From sequence record DRR378314_135: a DNA stretch of 64,000 nucleotides; one strand, written 5' to 3'. Below, piece after piece: positions 49,335 to 59,067 of the stretch (within the stretch, counting starts at the first letter, position 1; each line of letters opens with the position of its first letter). A program made the translations under genes and the position numbers. The notes below the pieces were generated by a model that saw only the letters and a program-made list of their open reading frames with translations, was not told the origin of the DNA and ran no database searches.

Positions 49335-49823
49335 ATGTCCTTTATTCTGCGCGAGGCCGAGAAGATCATCTGCGCGGTGATCTTTCTGACCATGACCTTT
49401 CTCGGCTTTGCCAATGTGGTGGTGCGATACGGCACCCATTACTCTTTTGCGGCAACCGAGGAACTGCTGACCAATGGCTTTCTTCTGCTCACCGTCTTTG
49501 GCGCGGCAATCGCCGCTCGCAGGGGCGAACACCTGGCAGTGGGACTGATCTACGATTTACTGCCAAAACCAATGCGCCGCGTGGTCTTCGCAATGTCGGT
49601 ACTTGCCTCCACACTGCTGTTGACGCTGTCAGCTTGGTATTCATGGCAGGCTATGACCAACATGATGAGCAACGGCATGCGCTCCTACGGATTGGGACTG
49701 CCTGCCTGGTATTATCAGGCCGCGGTGCCATTTGGGTTTGCATTGGTTCTGATCCGCTACCTGCAACATGCATGGGAAACCTACACCATCGACCGTGCGC
49801 ACGAGGTCATCCCCGATGTATGA
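49335..49823 (+). CDS. dctQ: TRAP transporter small permease
   Basis: Four TM helices, TEEL, GEHLAV; GGAGG RBS. Confidence 0.9.
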   Translation: MSFILREAEKIICAVIFLTMTFLGFANVVVRYGTHYSFAATEELLTNGFLLLTVFGAAIAARRGEHLAVGLIYDLLPKPMRRVVFAMSVLASTLLLTLSAWYSWQAMTNMMSNGMRSYGLGLPAWYYQAAVPFGFALVLIRYLQHAWETYTIDRAHEVIPDV

Positions 49824-51150
49824 TGTGATCCCCGCCCTGCCCGCTGGCACAGAAATGATCATCTTGTTCTTTATGCTGTTGGCCCTGCGGGTTCCGGTGG
49901 CAATGTCACTGGGGCTTTCCGCGCTCTATGCGATGTGGCAGATGGGCTTCGGCTTAGAATTGGTGGGCGATCTTCTGGCGGCCGGCATCACCAAATTCTC
50001 ACTACTTGCGATCCCGTTCTTCATTCTTGCAGGGACCCTCATGGGCTCACTCGGCATCGCAGAACGTATGATACGCTTTTTCCGGGTGCTGATCGGCAGC
50101 ACCCCGGGTGGGATGGGTATCGTTGGAACCGCCGTCTGCCTGTTTTGGGGAGCCGTCAGCGGTTCCGGCCCAGCCTCGGTTGCCGCCATCGGACCGATGA
50201 TCATCAAGGGCATGGAAGAAGACGGGTATTCTCGCGCCTACGCTGCCGGGCTTGTCTGTACGGGCGCGGCGTTGTCGATCGTGATTCCGCCCTCAATCGG
50301 GCTGGTGATCTATGGCGTCATTGCCGAGACCTCAATCTCGAACCTTTTCCTAGCGGCGATCCTGCCCGGCCTGTTCATGGGCGCAATGATGCTACTGACA
50401 TTGCCGCTGGCAAAACCATCCAGCGGCCCCGCCGAAGCTCCCACTGTCGTAGCTCTCAGCCCGATGCCCCACGCAGCACAACCCTATGCGACCCGCCTCT
50501 GGCTGTCGTTTTGCGAGAGCTTCTGGGGCCTTATGACTCCAGTGGTGATCCTGGGCGGCATTTACTCCGGCATTTTCACGCCGACCGAAGCCGCATTGGT
50601 CGCAACCGTCTACGCATTGCTCGTCGGCGGTCTGGTCTATCGCACCCTTACCCTGCGGGGGCTATATCAGTCTCTTTCGGATGCAGCCGCCTCTTCGGCC
50701 ACGGTGATGCTAGTGGTCGCATACGCCAGCCTCTTTGGCTGGGTGGTCACGGTCGAAGATCTGGTTGGGCAATATTCCGATGCGCTTCTGGGTCTCAGTG
50801 GCAACGAATGGGTGATCCTGCTGGTCATCATGGTGATCCTGCTCATCGCCGGAATGTTCATGGATGCGGTGACAGTGATGTTCATCTGCCTGCCGATCCT
50901 GATGCCCGTCGTACGTGAACTCGGCTGGGATCCGATCTGGTTTGGTGTGCTGGTCATGGTCAATCTCGCCATTGGCCTCATCACACCACCCGTTGGCATC
51001 AACCTATATGTCGCAGCCAATGTAACGCGCCTTCCGATCGAAAAAGTCGCCCGTGGCGCAATGCCCTTTCTCTTCGTATGCCTGATCGGCCTTGCGGTGA
51101 TCGGCTTCGTTCCACAACTGTCTCTGGGCCTGCTAGGCCCCTCCAACTGA
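49816..51150 (+). CDS. dctM: TRAP transporter large permease
   Basis: LAIPFFILAG, SGSGPA, VIPPSI, FTPTEA, ITPPVGINL. Confidence 0.93.
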   Translation: MYDVIPALPAGTEMIILFFMLLALRVPVAMSLGLSALYAMWQMGFGLELVGDLLAAGITKFSLLAIPFFILAGTLMGSLGIAERMIRFFRVLIGSTPGGMGIVGTAVCLFWGAVSGSGPASVAAIGPMIIKGMEEDGYSRAYAAGLVCTGAALSIVIPPSIGLVIYGVIAETSISNLFLAAILPGLFMGAMMLLTLPLAKPSSGPAEAPTVVALSPMPHAAQPYATRLWLSFCESFWGLMTPVVILGGIYSGIFTPTEAALVATVYALLVGGLVYRTLTLRGLYQSLSDAAASSATVMLVVAYASLFGWVVTVEDLVGQYSDALLGLSGNEWVILLVIMVILLIAGMFMDAVTVMFICLPILMPVVRELGWDPIWFGVLVMVNLAIGLITPPVGINLYVAANVTRLPIEKVARGAMPFLFVCLIGLAVIGFVPQLSLGLLGPSN

Positions 51151-51163
51151 GGACCCGAGATAT

Positions 51164-51916
51164 ATGTCAGAAAAAACCGCCATCGTTACCGGCGCCGCAC
51201 GCGGCATTGGCCTTGCCACGACAAAGCAACTCCTTGCCGAAGGCCGCCAAGTCGCGATGATCGACCGTGATGCAGACGTACTGATGCAGGAAGCTGGCGC
51301 GCTCGAAGGGGTGCTGCCCGTCGTCTGTGACGTGTCGGATCCGGATGCTGTCGCTGAAATGATGTCGACCTGCTACAGCGCGTTTGGCCGCATCGACGCC
51401 GTGGTCAACAACGCAGGCGTGGCGGATTTCGGCCCCATCGAAGACACAAGTTTTGCCCGCTGGCGTCGAGTGATGGAAACCAACCTCGACGGCGTGTTCC
51501 TCTGCTCACAGGCCGCAATCCCGCATCTGAGAGAAAGCAAGGGCGCCATCGTCAACATCGCGTCGATTTCAGGCCTGCGGGCTTCCACCCTGCGTGTGGC
51601 CTACGGAACATCCAAAGCAGCGGTGATTCAACTGACCATGCAGCAGGCCGCAGAGCTGGGCGAATATGGCATCCGCGCCAACTGTGTCGCACCGGGCCCG
51701 GTGCGCACCAAATTGGCAATGGCTGTTCATAGCCAGGAAATCATCGATGCCTACCACGATGCCATTCCCCTCAACCGGTATGGGTCGGAGGACGAGATTG
51801 CATCTGTCATCGTATTCCTGTGCTCGGACAAGGCCAGCTATGTCACCGGACAGACTATCGCATCCGACGGCGGCTTTCAGTCCACCGGAGTCGGTCTCCC
51901 TGCCCTGCGCGTCTGA
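51164..51916 (+). CDS. Short-chain dehydrogenase/reductase (SDR)
   Basis: TGAARGIG, NNAG, YGTSK (YxxxK), PG. Confidence 0.93.
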   Translation: MSEKTAIVTGAARGIGLATTKQLLAEGRQVAMIDRDADVLMQEAGALEGVLPVVCDVSDPDAVAEMMSTCYSAFGRIDAVVNNAGVADFGPIEDTSFARWRRVMETNLDGVFLCSQAAIPHLRESKGAIVNIASISGLRASTLRVAYGTSKAAVIQLTMQQAAELGEYGIRANCVAPGPVRTKLAMAVHSQEIIDAYHDAIPLNRYGSEDEIASVIVFLCSDKASYVTGQTIASDGGFQSTGVGLPALRV

Positions 51917-51933
51917 TTTTCCACTGTAATTTG

Positions 51934-51962
51934 AACCAGCCGGGCCCGATGCCCGGCTGGTT
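51934..51962 (+). terminator. Terminator-like hairpin after the SDR gene
   Basis: AACCAGCCGGGC-ccgat-GCCCGGCTGGTT. Confidence 0.7.
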
Positions 51963-52080
51963 GCTGTGCCTGATAGGGTTCGATTGCAGCGGTTGAAGAT
52001 CTGATCCACGGGATCACGCCGATTTTCACGACCGCGCAGCCCAATGCTTTTCTCGTACCCGAATCCTTGTTAGGGTTCGC

Positions 52081-53124
52081 GTGATTTTAAAGCTTAGGAT
52101 TTATCCATTGGAAACGGTATCTTGCCCACCGCCGTGGAACCGCTTTTGTTCGCTCAATCAGGTTTCGCCAGAACCGGAAGCAGAGCATCAGTTGCTCAAT
52201 CCGAATTTTTCACCGATCTCAAACGCCTCGGACTTTGATGCTAAACTGCTTGATGAGCTCGTTCCTCAAGCATCGTCCGACACCCCCCTGAAGCTGTTTG
52301 CGCTGCTCGGTGCCCGCCGCAGCAGTTTTTTGAAAGACTTGCTGGATATCTCGGGGCTGCCTCATGCCTGTCTCTATGATCTGGACCAAGATAATGATGA
52401 CGATGGTGCTGGGGCCCCCTGGCTTGTAGAGCTGGATCCGGGATCGCCCTTCACTGCCAGCACGTTCACCCTCGACCCCGAAGCGAAGGATCCACGCAGG
52501 ATGTTCGGTGACGGGATCTGGATCTGGAGCCCACTTTCATTGCAGGCGTTGCGGGCGCATCTGCGCCGCTACACACGGTTCGAAGACGAGCGGTCGGTCT
52601 GGATGCTGTTCAGACTGCAGGAACCTGGCATGTTGGATGCCCTGCTCCAGACCGCGCCCTGCGAGGCCCGAAGGCGTTTCTTTTCCGGCATTCACCGTAT
52701 CATCTACCCTTGGCCCGCGCTCACAGAGGGGGAATGGGACCTTTTCGCAATGGAGCCTCCAACCTCCTCAACGCAAAACACCTCGTCTGATGCTGGTGGC
52801 CGCATGCTGCTGGAGCAGCGCGCACGCAAGGCTCTCGCCTGTTTCGTCAACGACCGCACTGCGCGAAAGCTTGCGGCCGGCGAAATTCAAGTGCCCGAAG
52901 AACGCCCTGCCGCCTGTGACGTGTTCTTTCGCCTCCTGAACGCAGGCTACGATCACCCTCCCCGCCTGGTGGAAACATTCCGGCTGCTACAGCGCTGCCC
53001 GCCCGATGCGGCGCCACAGTTCTGGCATGAAGTTGAAAGCGGCGAACATTCTTTGCGGCGAATACTGCTGGTCTTTGCGGATCACTACAAAATCAAAGAT
53101 GTCCTAGAGGAGCATGTCTGGTGA
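52081..53124 (+). CDS. DUF4123-domain protein (T6SS effector chaperone/adaptor type); start uncertain
   Basis: FALL.A, CLYD, APWLVEL, GIWIWS..SLQALRAHLRRYT, LFRL..P pattern. Confidence 0.75.
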   Translation: MILKLRIYPLETVSCPPPWNRFCSLNQVSPEPEAEHQLLNPNFSPISNASDFDAKLLDELVPQASSDTPLKLFALLGARRSSFLKDLLDISGLPHACLYDLDQDNDDDGAGAPWLVELDPGSPFTASTFTLDPEAKDPRRMFGDGIWIWSPLSLQALRAHLRRYTRFEDERSVWMLFRLQEPGMLDALLQTAPCEARRRFFSGIHRIIYPWPALTEGEWDLFAMEPPTSSTQNTSSDAGGRMLLEQRARKALACFVNDRTARKLAAGEIQVPEERPAACDVFFRLLNAGYDHPPRLVETFRLLQRCPPDAAPQFWHEVESGEHSLRRILLVFADHYKIKDVLEEHVW

Positions 53125-54968
53125 GCATCTGTGTAGAATGTGGCGAACTCGAACTCTACTACGTGCCAGCCTGCGGTGACCCGGCTGTCGGTGAGAGCAA
53201 GATCCTGCTCTACTCCGGCGAGGAGCTTCAGGCCTTGCATGCGGAAATCCGAGAGATGGATGCGGCCTTTGGGGCATTGGAAGAGGCCAAGGTCGACGGT
53301 GAGCCTCAGGCCATTGTCGACGCGCAGGATCACCTGACAATCCTGCTCAAGGGTTATATCAAGCCAACTGAAAACCTGCCGTCAAAACACCTGGTGCAGG
53401 CCTACTCGATCACGGGCAAGAAATGGACCCGCATTCGCAGTGACAAGATGCGCAATCACTGGCGCAGCTACAATGTCGACAAGTCGTTGCTGCGCGCACA
53501 ACAGGGCACGGATGGACGGTCCGCGCTGGCACGCACGCAATTGCGTGACGCGTTCAAGGCAAGCGCCAAGAAGATCTCGGACGATCTGCAAAGAGGGATT
53601 TCCTACAATGGACAGATTGCGAAAGGGGTCGTCAGCGGATCAATTACCGAGTTGTGGGACGCCAATTGGCTGAAATGGGTCGATGCCGTCAATGAAAGCC
53701 TGACATATTCAACCGAAAATGCACATTTCGACCTTTCCGCCGGAGCGCAGCTACTGCGCGGGTATGCAGGCTATGGCGTGCAATTGGGATATGACCCCAA
53801 GAAAGGCAGCTACGCGCTGAAAGGCAACGCGGAAGCCAAGGCAATCCTTGGCGAAGCGAAGGTAAGGTTCAGCGGCTACTTCGTCGACCGCGAGGGCTGG
53901 CACGCATTGGTTGATTTTACGGATGAAAAGGCCTCGGAAGCAGGACACCAGCAGCAGATCGATTTTGGCTATTTCCGCTTCCAGCTCCGGGTTGATGCAA
54001 CCGCCATGCTCGGTGCCAGTATCTACGGCACCGCAGGCATCGAATTTGCCACCGAACCAAGCGGCAGCGTCCGCGTCAAACCGACCGCTGCAGGCAGCAA
54101 GGGCGAAATTTCCGCCGGAGCCTTCGCCGGTGTCGAGGCCGGCGGAACCGCAACCGGCATGTTCGAATGGCGCAATCCTGGCTTCACAGAAGGCGAAGAC
54201 GGTCGATTGCAAGAAGCCGGTTGGAAGGCCATGGTCTCGATCGGGACGTCGGTTCTGGGAGCGGCTGGCGCAGGCGCCGAGGCGACGCTCAAGATCCAGT
54301 TTGAGAATGGCAAGTTCATGTTTCGCTGCGAGGCCCGTGTGGTGCTCGGGATCGGCGCCAAGGGTGGACTGAATGGGCTGATCGATTTCCGTCGCATCGT
54401 TGAATTCATCCAGTACATCTACCATCAGCTCAAGGATAACAATTTCGCGTTCCTACGATTTGTAGAGGAAGCCGCGTTCAACGCGATGGTTCAGGTCACA
54501 CTGCTGCTCGTCGAAGGCATTGTGGATGTTGCCGATGCCGCAGTTGAAGTGATCGAGGCCGCGTTGACGCGAGCGTTTGAACCCATCGCAGATGCCAACG
54601 CGGCAGAGGCCTTTGCACGGAAGGTGCAAGCCCGTCCAACGGCATTGATTTTTGCCGCACCGGAAGCAAAGGGCGCCATTCTTTATAAACTCTCCGAGAG
54701 ATTTGTATGGTCTTGGGAGGAGCGCCAGGAGGCCGCGATTCTAACGGTGATTGGCACCCTGCAGTCCCGCCGAGAGTGGGAGCAGGTCGTTGAACGCATT
54801 ACAATAGACGGTACGAAATCCAGCGCTGCAACAGGTCTTGCGCGGCTTCGCGCCGTTCTGGATGGCGGATCTGAGCGGAAGTTTGAATCGATGATCCGCG
54901 CAATCAACACTCTGCCGCCCGCCACACTGTATGCAGGGACACCTGTTGTCGTAAGGAACCTCGCGTGA
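53121..54968 (+). CDS. Putative antibacterial effector/toxin of unknown activity (615 aa)
   Basis: GTGA overlaps with both neighbours; no signal peptide; Gly/Ala-rich C-terminal half; lies between the DUF4123 and FGE-like genes. Confidence 0.6.
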   Translation: MSICVECGELELYYVPACGDPAVGESKILLYSGEELQALHAEIREMDAAFGALEEAKVDGEPQAIVDAQDHLTILLKGYIKPTENLPSKHLVQAYSITGKKWTRIRSDKMRNHWRSYNVDKSLLRAQQGTDGRSALARTQLRDAFKASAKKISDDLQRGISYNGQIAKGVVSGSITELWDANWLKWVDAVNESLTYSTENAHFDLSAGAQLLRGYAGYGVQLGYDPKKGSYALKGNAEAKAILGEAKVRFSGYFVDREGWHALVDFTDEKASEAGHQQQIDFGYFRFQLRVDATAMLGASIYGTAGIEFATEPSGSVRVKPTAAGSKGEISAGAFAGVEAGGTATGMFEWRNPGFTEGEDGRLQEAGWKAMVSIGTSVLGAAGAGAEATLKIQFENGKFMFRCEARVVLGIGAKGGLNGLIDFRRIVEFIQYIYHQLKDNNFAFLRFVEEAAFNAMVQVTLLLVEGIVDVADAAVEVIEAALTRAFEPIADANAAEAFARKVQARPTALIFAAPEAKGAILYKLSERFVWSWEERQEAAILTVIGTLQSRREWEQVVERITIDGTKSSAATGLARLRAVLDGGSERKFESMIRAINTLPPATLYAGTPVVVRNLA

Positions 54969-55984
54969 TGAAAATCGGAACTGCTGCGCTATGTCTGGCC
55001 GTCTTAGCTGTGACTGCTGCCAGTGCCTATTGGGGCTATGGGAAATATGAGCAAAAACAACTCCATTCCGCGCTTGTAGAGAAGATCCGCAGCGATCTGG
55101 TCTACATCGAAGGCGGGGACTTCGAGACAGGGAATTACAAGATTGATTTCCAGTTCCCCAGTGGCGCGCGACGCTTGGTTTCGATCGTGGAAGACATGCC
55201 GCTGCCATCGCGCCGCGTGACGCTGGAGAACTACTATCTCTCGGCCTATGAAACGAGCTACTCCGACTTCAACGTTTATCTGCGCGCGCAAGGCTATCCG
55301 GTTCTCGAACCTCAGGAGTACCGCCGCTACCTTCCGGATCACGCCGCCGCCCTATCGCTGGAGGAGGCATCCGCGTATTGCGCATGGCTGGGAGAACAGG
55401 TCGGGACAATCATGCGCCTGCCGACAGAAGCCGAGTGGGAATTTGCCGCACGCAGTCGAGGGCAAAATCCGGCTTGGGCCACGGATGACGGGAATTTTCG
55501 GCCTGGCGAAAACCTTGCCTATCTGGTGACCGATGATCTGACCGCAGCAGACCGGGACCCGCCGATCGGAAGCTATCCTCCGAACCCACTGGGTTTGTAC
55601 AATCTTGCCGACGGTCTCTACGAGTGGGTGTCGGACCGCGCCCCTTCGGATCCAGATGGTTCCGCAATAGGCAAAGGTGCGAGCAACTTCACATCCCGGT
55701 TCACCGAGGTCATTCCACGCCGCATCGTTGTGGAGCGTCTGACTGACAAAGCTCGGGACGACCTGCTTCAGGTGCTTGCGCCGGAAGATCGGCAACGCCT
55801 GATGCGCCAGAAAGATCCGCTAAGCCCGTATCGCAGCCGGGTAACCGCCCGATGCGCCGCGTCGGAAACACGCGAACCTGCTCAGTCCGGTTTTGGAACG
55901 ACACCAGGCCCGGTCCAATTCAACCCGCCGTTCTATGCCGAGGGCGAGCACCCTCCCTTGGTCACCGCGCCCGCCGGAGAATGA
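54965..55984 (+). CDS. Formylglycine-generating-enzyme-like (SUMF1/EgtB/PvdO) protein, putative immunity protein
   Basis: N-terminal signal/TM, GGDF..G, AYCAWL, RLPTEAEWEFAAR, PNPLGLYNL...YEWV; catalytic Cys pair and RGGSW not seen. Confidence 0.8.
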   Translation: MMKIGTAALCLAVLAVTAASAYWGYGKYEQKQLHSALVEKIRSDLVYIEGGDFETGNYKIDFQFPSGARRLVSIVEDMPLPSRRVTLENYYLSAYETSYSDFNVYLRAQGYPVLEPQEYRRYLPDHAAALSLEEASAYCAWLGEQVGTIMRLPTEAEWEFAARSRGQNPAWATDDGNFRPGENLAYLVTDDLTAADRDPPIGSYPPNPLGLYNLADGLYEWVSDRAPSDPDGSAIGKGASNFTSRFTEVIPRRIVVERLTDKARDDLLQVLAPEDRQRLMRQKDPLSPYRSRVTARCAASETREPAQSGFGTTPGPVQFNPPFYAEGEHPPLVTAPAGE

Positions 55985-56136
55985 AAGTAGCTTTGCAGCA
56001 ACTGCAAGAACCGGGTTAGCGCGATGCCTGTTGCGCCGGAACCAGAAAAGCTGAGCGGGCAGCAATATTCGCAGCTGAAACGTAAAGGCGGCACGGGTTG
56101 CCCCGCGCCGCTTTCATTCTTCGAGTGCGCGTGAGC

Positions 56137-57225
56137 TTACTCTGCGCAGGCCCGAATTTTCTCAATGTCGGGGCCATTCGGGTTGCGGCCGAGGTTGAAT
56201 GGTGCGGAGGCCGCGCGCCAGTTGGAGTAATCCGCAAGATATTCGAGCTGGCTCAGGTAGACTTTTGCCGAGGATGGGTTTTCACAAGCCACATTCTCGA
56301 TCACCGCGTTGGCGGTTTCCTGAATTTTTGCCAGCGCTTCGTCGTCCATACGCGTGATCTCGTTAACTTCGAGGAACTGCTTATAGGCATCATTCGCCCG
56401 GCGCTCGGTGAAGGCCAGCGACCACAGCATCGTCGCGTCGGCGGCAATCTCCAGCTTTTCCTGAGCTTCCGGGCTCAGCGCATCCCAGGACGCCTTGTTG
56501 ATCATCACGCCAAAAACAGATGCAGACTGATGCCAACCAGGCGTTGCCCAGTAACCGGTCACCTGCTGGAACCCACCAGACCAGTCCACGTTTGGCGTGG
56601 AGAATTCCGCTCCGTCGATCACGCCGCGCTCCAGAGATTGGTAAATTTCACCACCAGCCATGGAGACCTGGCTGCCGCCAAGCTCGTTGAGAAGCCGGCC
56701 CTGCTCGAGACCCGACACCCGAAGACGCTTGCCCTGCAGATCGTCGATCGAACGGATCGGTTCCTTGGTGTGAAAACCAGACTCGTTGTTGGTCACCGCG
56801 TAGGGAAGATAGACCATGCCGAACTTGCCATAGGTCTCGTTATAAATTTCCTTGCCACCCCACTGCTGAATCCAGTTCACGTAGTCGACTGCGTTGAACA
56901 AACTGGAGGTGGTGGCGAGCGGCGAAAAGGCCGGGTCACGGCCCGCCCAGTAGCCAGGCCAGTCTGCGCCAGCTTGCACGATCCCGCTCTCGACGGCACC
57001 GAAAACTTCGCCTGACGGCACCAGGCTGCCCCCTTCAAAGAACTCAATGCTGACTTCGTCGCCCGCGAGCTTGTTCGCAAGCTCGACGAAATGCTTGTCG
57101 AATTCGATCAGTTCGAGCGACGAAGGCCAGGTTGTGGTCATCTGCCAGCTTTGCTGCGCAGATGCCGCACCAGCGGCCATGGTCACGGCGAAGGTGGCCG
57201 AAGCCAGCGTCTTTCCAAGTGTCAT
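56137..57225 (-). CDS. dctP: TRAP substrate-binding protein (TakP-like, monocarboxylate/2-oxoacid)
   Basis: WQMTTTWP, GYWAG, LRVSG, GGEIYQSLERGVIDGAEF, PGWHQ; GGAGGAG RBS. Confidence 0.9.
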   Translation of the reverse strand: MTLGKTLASATFAVTMAAGAASAQQSWQMTTTWPSSLELIEFDKHFVELANKLAGDEVSIEFFEGGSLVPSGEVFGAVESGIVQAGADWPGYWAGRDPAFSPLATTSSLFNAVDYVNWIQQWGGKEIYNETYGKFGMVYLPYAVTNNESGFHTKEPIRSIDDLQGKRLRVSGLEQGRLLNELGGSQVSMAGGEIYQSLERGVIDGAEFSTPNVDWSGGFQQVTGYWATPGWHQSASVFGVMINKASWDALSPEAQEKLEIAADATMLWSLAFTERRANDAYKQFLEVNEITRMDDEALAKIQETANAVIENVACENPSSAKVYLSQLEYLADYSNWRAASAPFNLGRNPNGPDIEKIRACAE

Positions 57226-57248
57226 AGAGATCTCCTCCTGTCTCATTT

Positions 57249-58574
57249 TCAGTTTGGTTTGTAGAGCGCTTCCGGCAACCAGGTGACGAGCTGCGGAAAC
57301 AGCGCGATTGCAATAGCCATCATCAGGATCAGACCGATGAAGGGCAGAACGCCAATAATGATGTCGGAGGTGCGTACCTCCTTTGGTGCCAATGCACGCA
57401 GATAGAACAGCGCATACCCGAAGGGAGGCGAAAGGAAGGAGGTCTGCAACACGACAGCGGTCAGAACCACGAACCACAATTCGCTGACGCCCATTTCCCG
57501 CACGATAGGCAGGAAAATCGGGAAGGACAGCAGCACGATGCCAGTCCAGTCAAGGAACATGCCGAGGATGAAGATGATGAACATCATCACAGCAATCAGC
57601 ATCCATGGCTCCATTTCGAGCGACCGCATCAACTCCTGTGCGGCACGCAGACCGCCCGTGATATTGAACACCCCCGTAAACGCGGTTGCCCCCACAACGA
57701 TGAACAGGATCATCGCTGACGTGCGTGCGGTTTCATGCAGGGCGGAGCGGAAGGTGCCCCACTCAAAACGCCCCCGGAAAATCACAATCCCAAGCGCCAG
57801 CGCTGCGCCGATCGCCGATGCCTCTGTTGCGGTGGCAATCCCAGCAAGCATAGTGCCCAGGATTCCAAAAATCAGCACCAGCGGAGGCAATGCTTCGAGC
57901 ACCAGCATCCGCAGCAATGTTCCGCGTGAGACCTTCTCATCAAGCGCCACAGAGGGAGCCAGATCGGGCCGGAACATCGCGACCAGTGCGACATAGCCCG
58001 CGTAGAGCAAACCAAGGATAATGCCCGGCCCCATCGAACCGGCGAATAGTTCGCCAACAGACAGCGATGAGTTCGACGCCATGAGGATCAGCATGATCGA
58101 GGGGGGGATCAGGATCCCCAGACACCCGGACGCTGCGATCACCCCGGTGGTAAGGCGCTTGGAGTACCCGTATTGCAGCATCGGCTTGAGCGCCATTACC
58201 CCCATAACGGTGATCGAGGCACCGATGATGCCAGTGGTTGCCGCCAGCAGGATCGAGATAAACACCACCGCGAGCCCCAACCCACCGGTAACACGCGACA
58301 TCAGAAGGCGCAGTGTCTCAAACATTCGATCCGTCACGCCTGAATCGGACAGGAACCGCGCCATCAGCACAAACAACGGAATCGCGATAAGGATGTAGTT
58401 ATCGAGAACCTCGCCGTAGATACGGTTGATGACGATGCCCAGCACCATAGGCTTGCCCGCGATGATCGCACCAAGCACAGCAGTGCCGCCAAGAACAAAG
58501 GCTAGAGGGTGGCCCATGAAGAGGCCGGTCAGCAACAAGCCCGCCATAATTAGACCGATGATCTCACCCGACAT
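57249..58574 (-). CDS. dctM: TRAP large permease
   Basis: AIPLFVLM, ATTGIIGAS, LIPPS, ATATEA, QTSFLSPPFG. Confidence 0.93.
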   Translation of the reverse strand: MSGEIIGLIMAGLLLTGLFMGHPLAFVLGGTAVLGAIIAGKPMVLGIVINRIYGEVLDNYILIAIPLFVLMARFLSDSGVTDRMFETLRLLMSRVTGGLGLAVVFISILLAATTGIIGASITVMGVMALKPMLQYGYSKRLTTGVIAASGCLGILIPPSIMLILMASNSSLSVGELFAGSMGPGIILGLLYAGYVALVAMFRPDLAPSVALDEKVSRGTLLRMLVLEALPPLVLIFGILGTMLAGIATATEASAIGAALALGIVIFRGRFEWGTFRSALHETARTSAMILFIVVGATAFTGVFNITGGLRAAQELMRSLEMEPWMLIAVMMFIIFILGMFLDWTGIVLLSFPIFLPIVREMGVSELWFVVLTAVVLQTSFLSPPFGYALFYLRALAPKEVRTSDIIIGVLPFIGLILMMAIAIALFPQLVTWLPEALYKPN

Positions 58575-59067
58575 GGTGCTGCTCCGATTTCTTGAGGATG
58601 AGCTTCAGGACCTCTGAAATGCCCTGAATGGCCAGAAGCACTGCAGCGATCGCCATGGCGATCTTGACCGGATAGACCGGGATTTGAATGGCACCATAAG
58701 TGGTCTCGTTCTGCGCATAGGAGCGCAGTGCGAACTCCCAACTTTTGCTTACAAAAATCCAGCAGAAGGGAAAAAAGAAAATCAGATAGCCAAGCACGTC
58801 AACAGCCCGACGCAACGGCGGAACCAGGTTTTCGGTGAGCAAATCGACACGGACATGCGCCTGATGACGCAACGCGTAGCCCCCAAGCATCACGAAGTAA
58901 AACCCGTAGAGCATCTTGGTAAGATCGAACGCCCAAAGCGTCGGAGCATTGAAGCCGTACCGCATGATCACGTCGTAGATAATCATGCCTGCAAATATGA
59001 TGGCAATAAAGGAGACCGCCTTGCCGACGACCTCGTTCAGCCCGTCAACGAGACGGATCAGAACCAT
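58564..59067 (-). CDS. dctQ: TRAP small permease
   Basis: DVIMRYGFNAPT.W, HVRVD, four TM helices. Confidence 0.92.
   Translation of the reverse strand: MVLIRLVDGLNEVVGKAVSFIAIIFAGMIIYDVIMRYGFNAPTLWAFDLTKMLYGFYFVMLGGYALRHQAHVRVDLLTENLVPPLRRAVDVLGYLIFFFPFCWIFVSKSWEFALRSYAQNETTYGAIQIPVYPVKIAMAIAAVLLAIQGISEVLKLILKKSEQHHVG

Noticed and set aside
51963-56136. Mobile-element boundaries (att sites, direct repeats, IS ends) around the DUF4123 cassette
   Set aside because: No flanking repeats, tRNA, integrase or transposase could be seen; mobility is not demonstrated.
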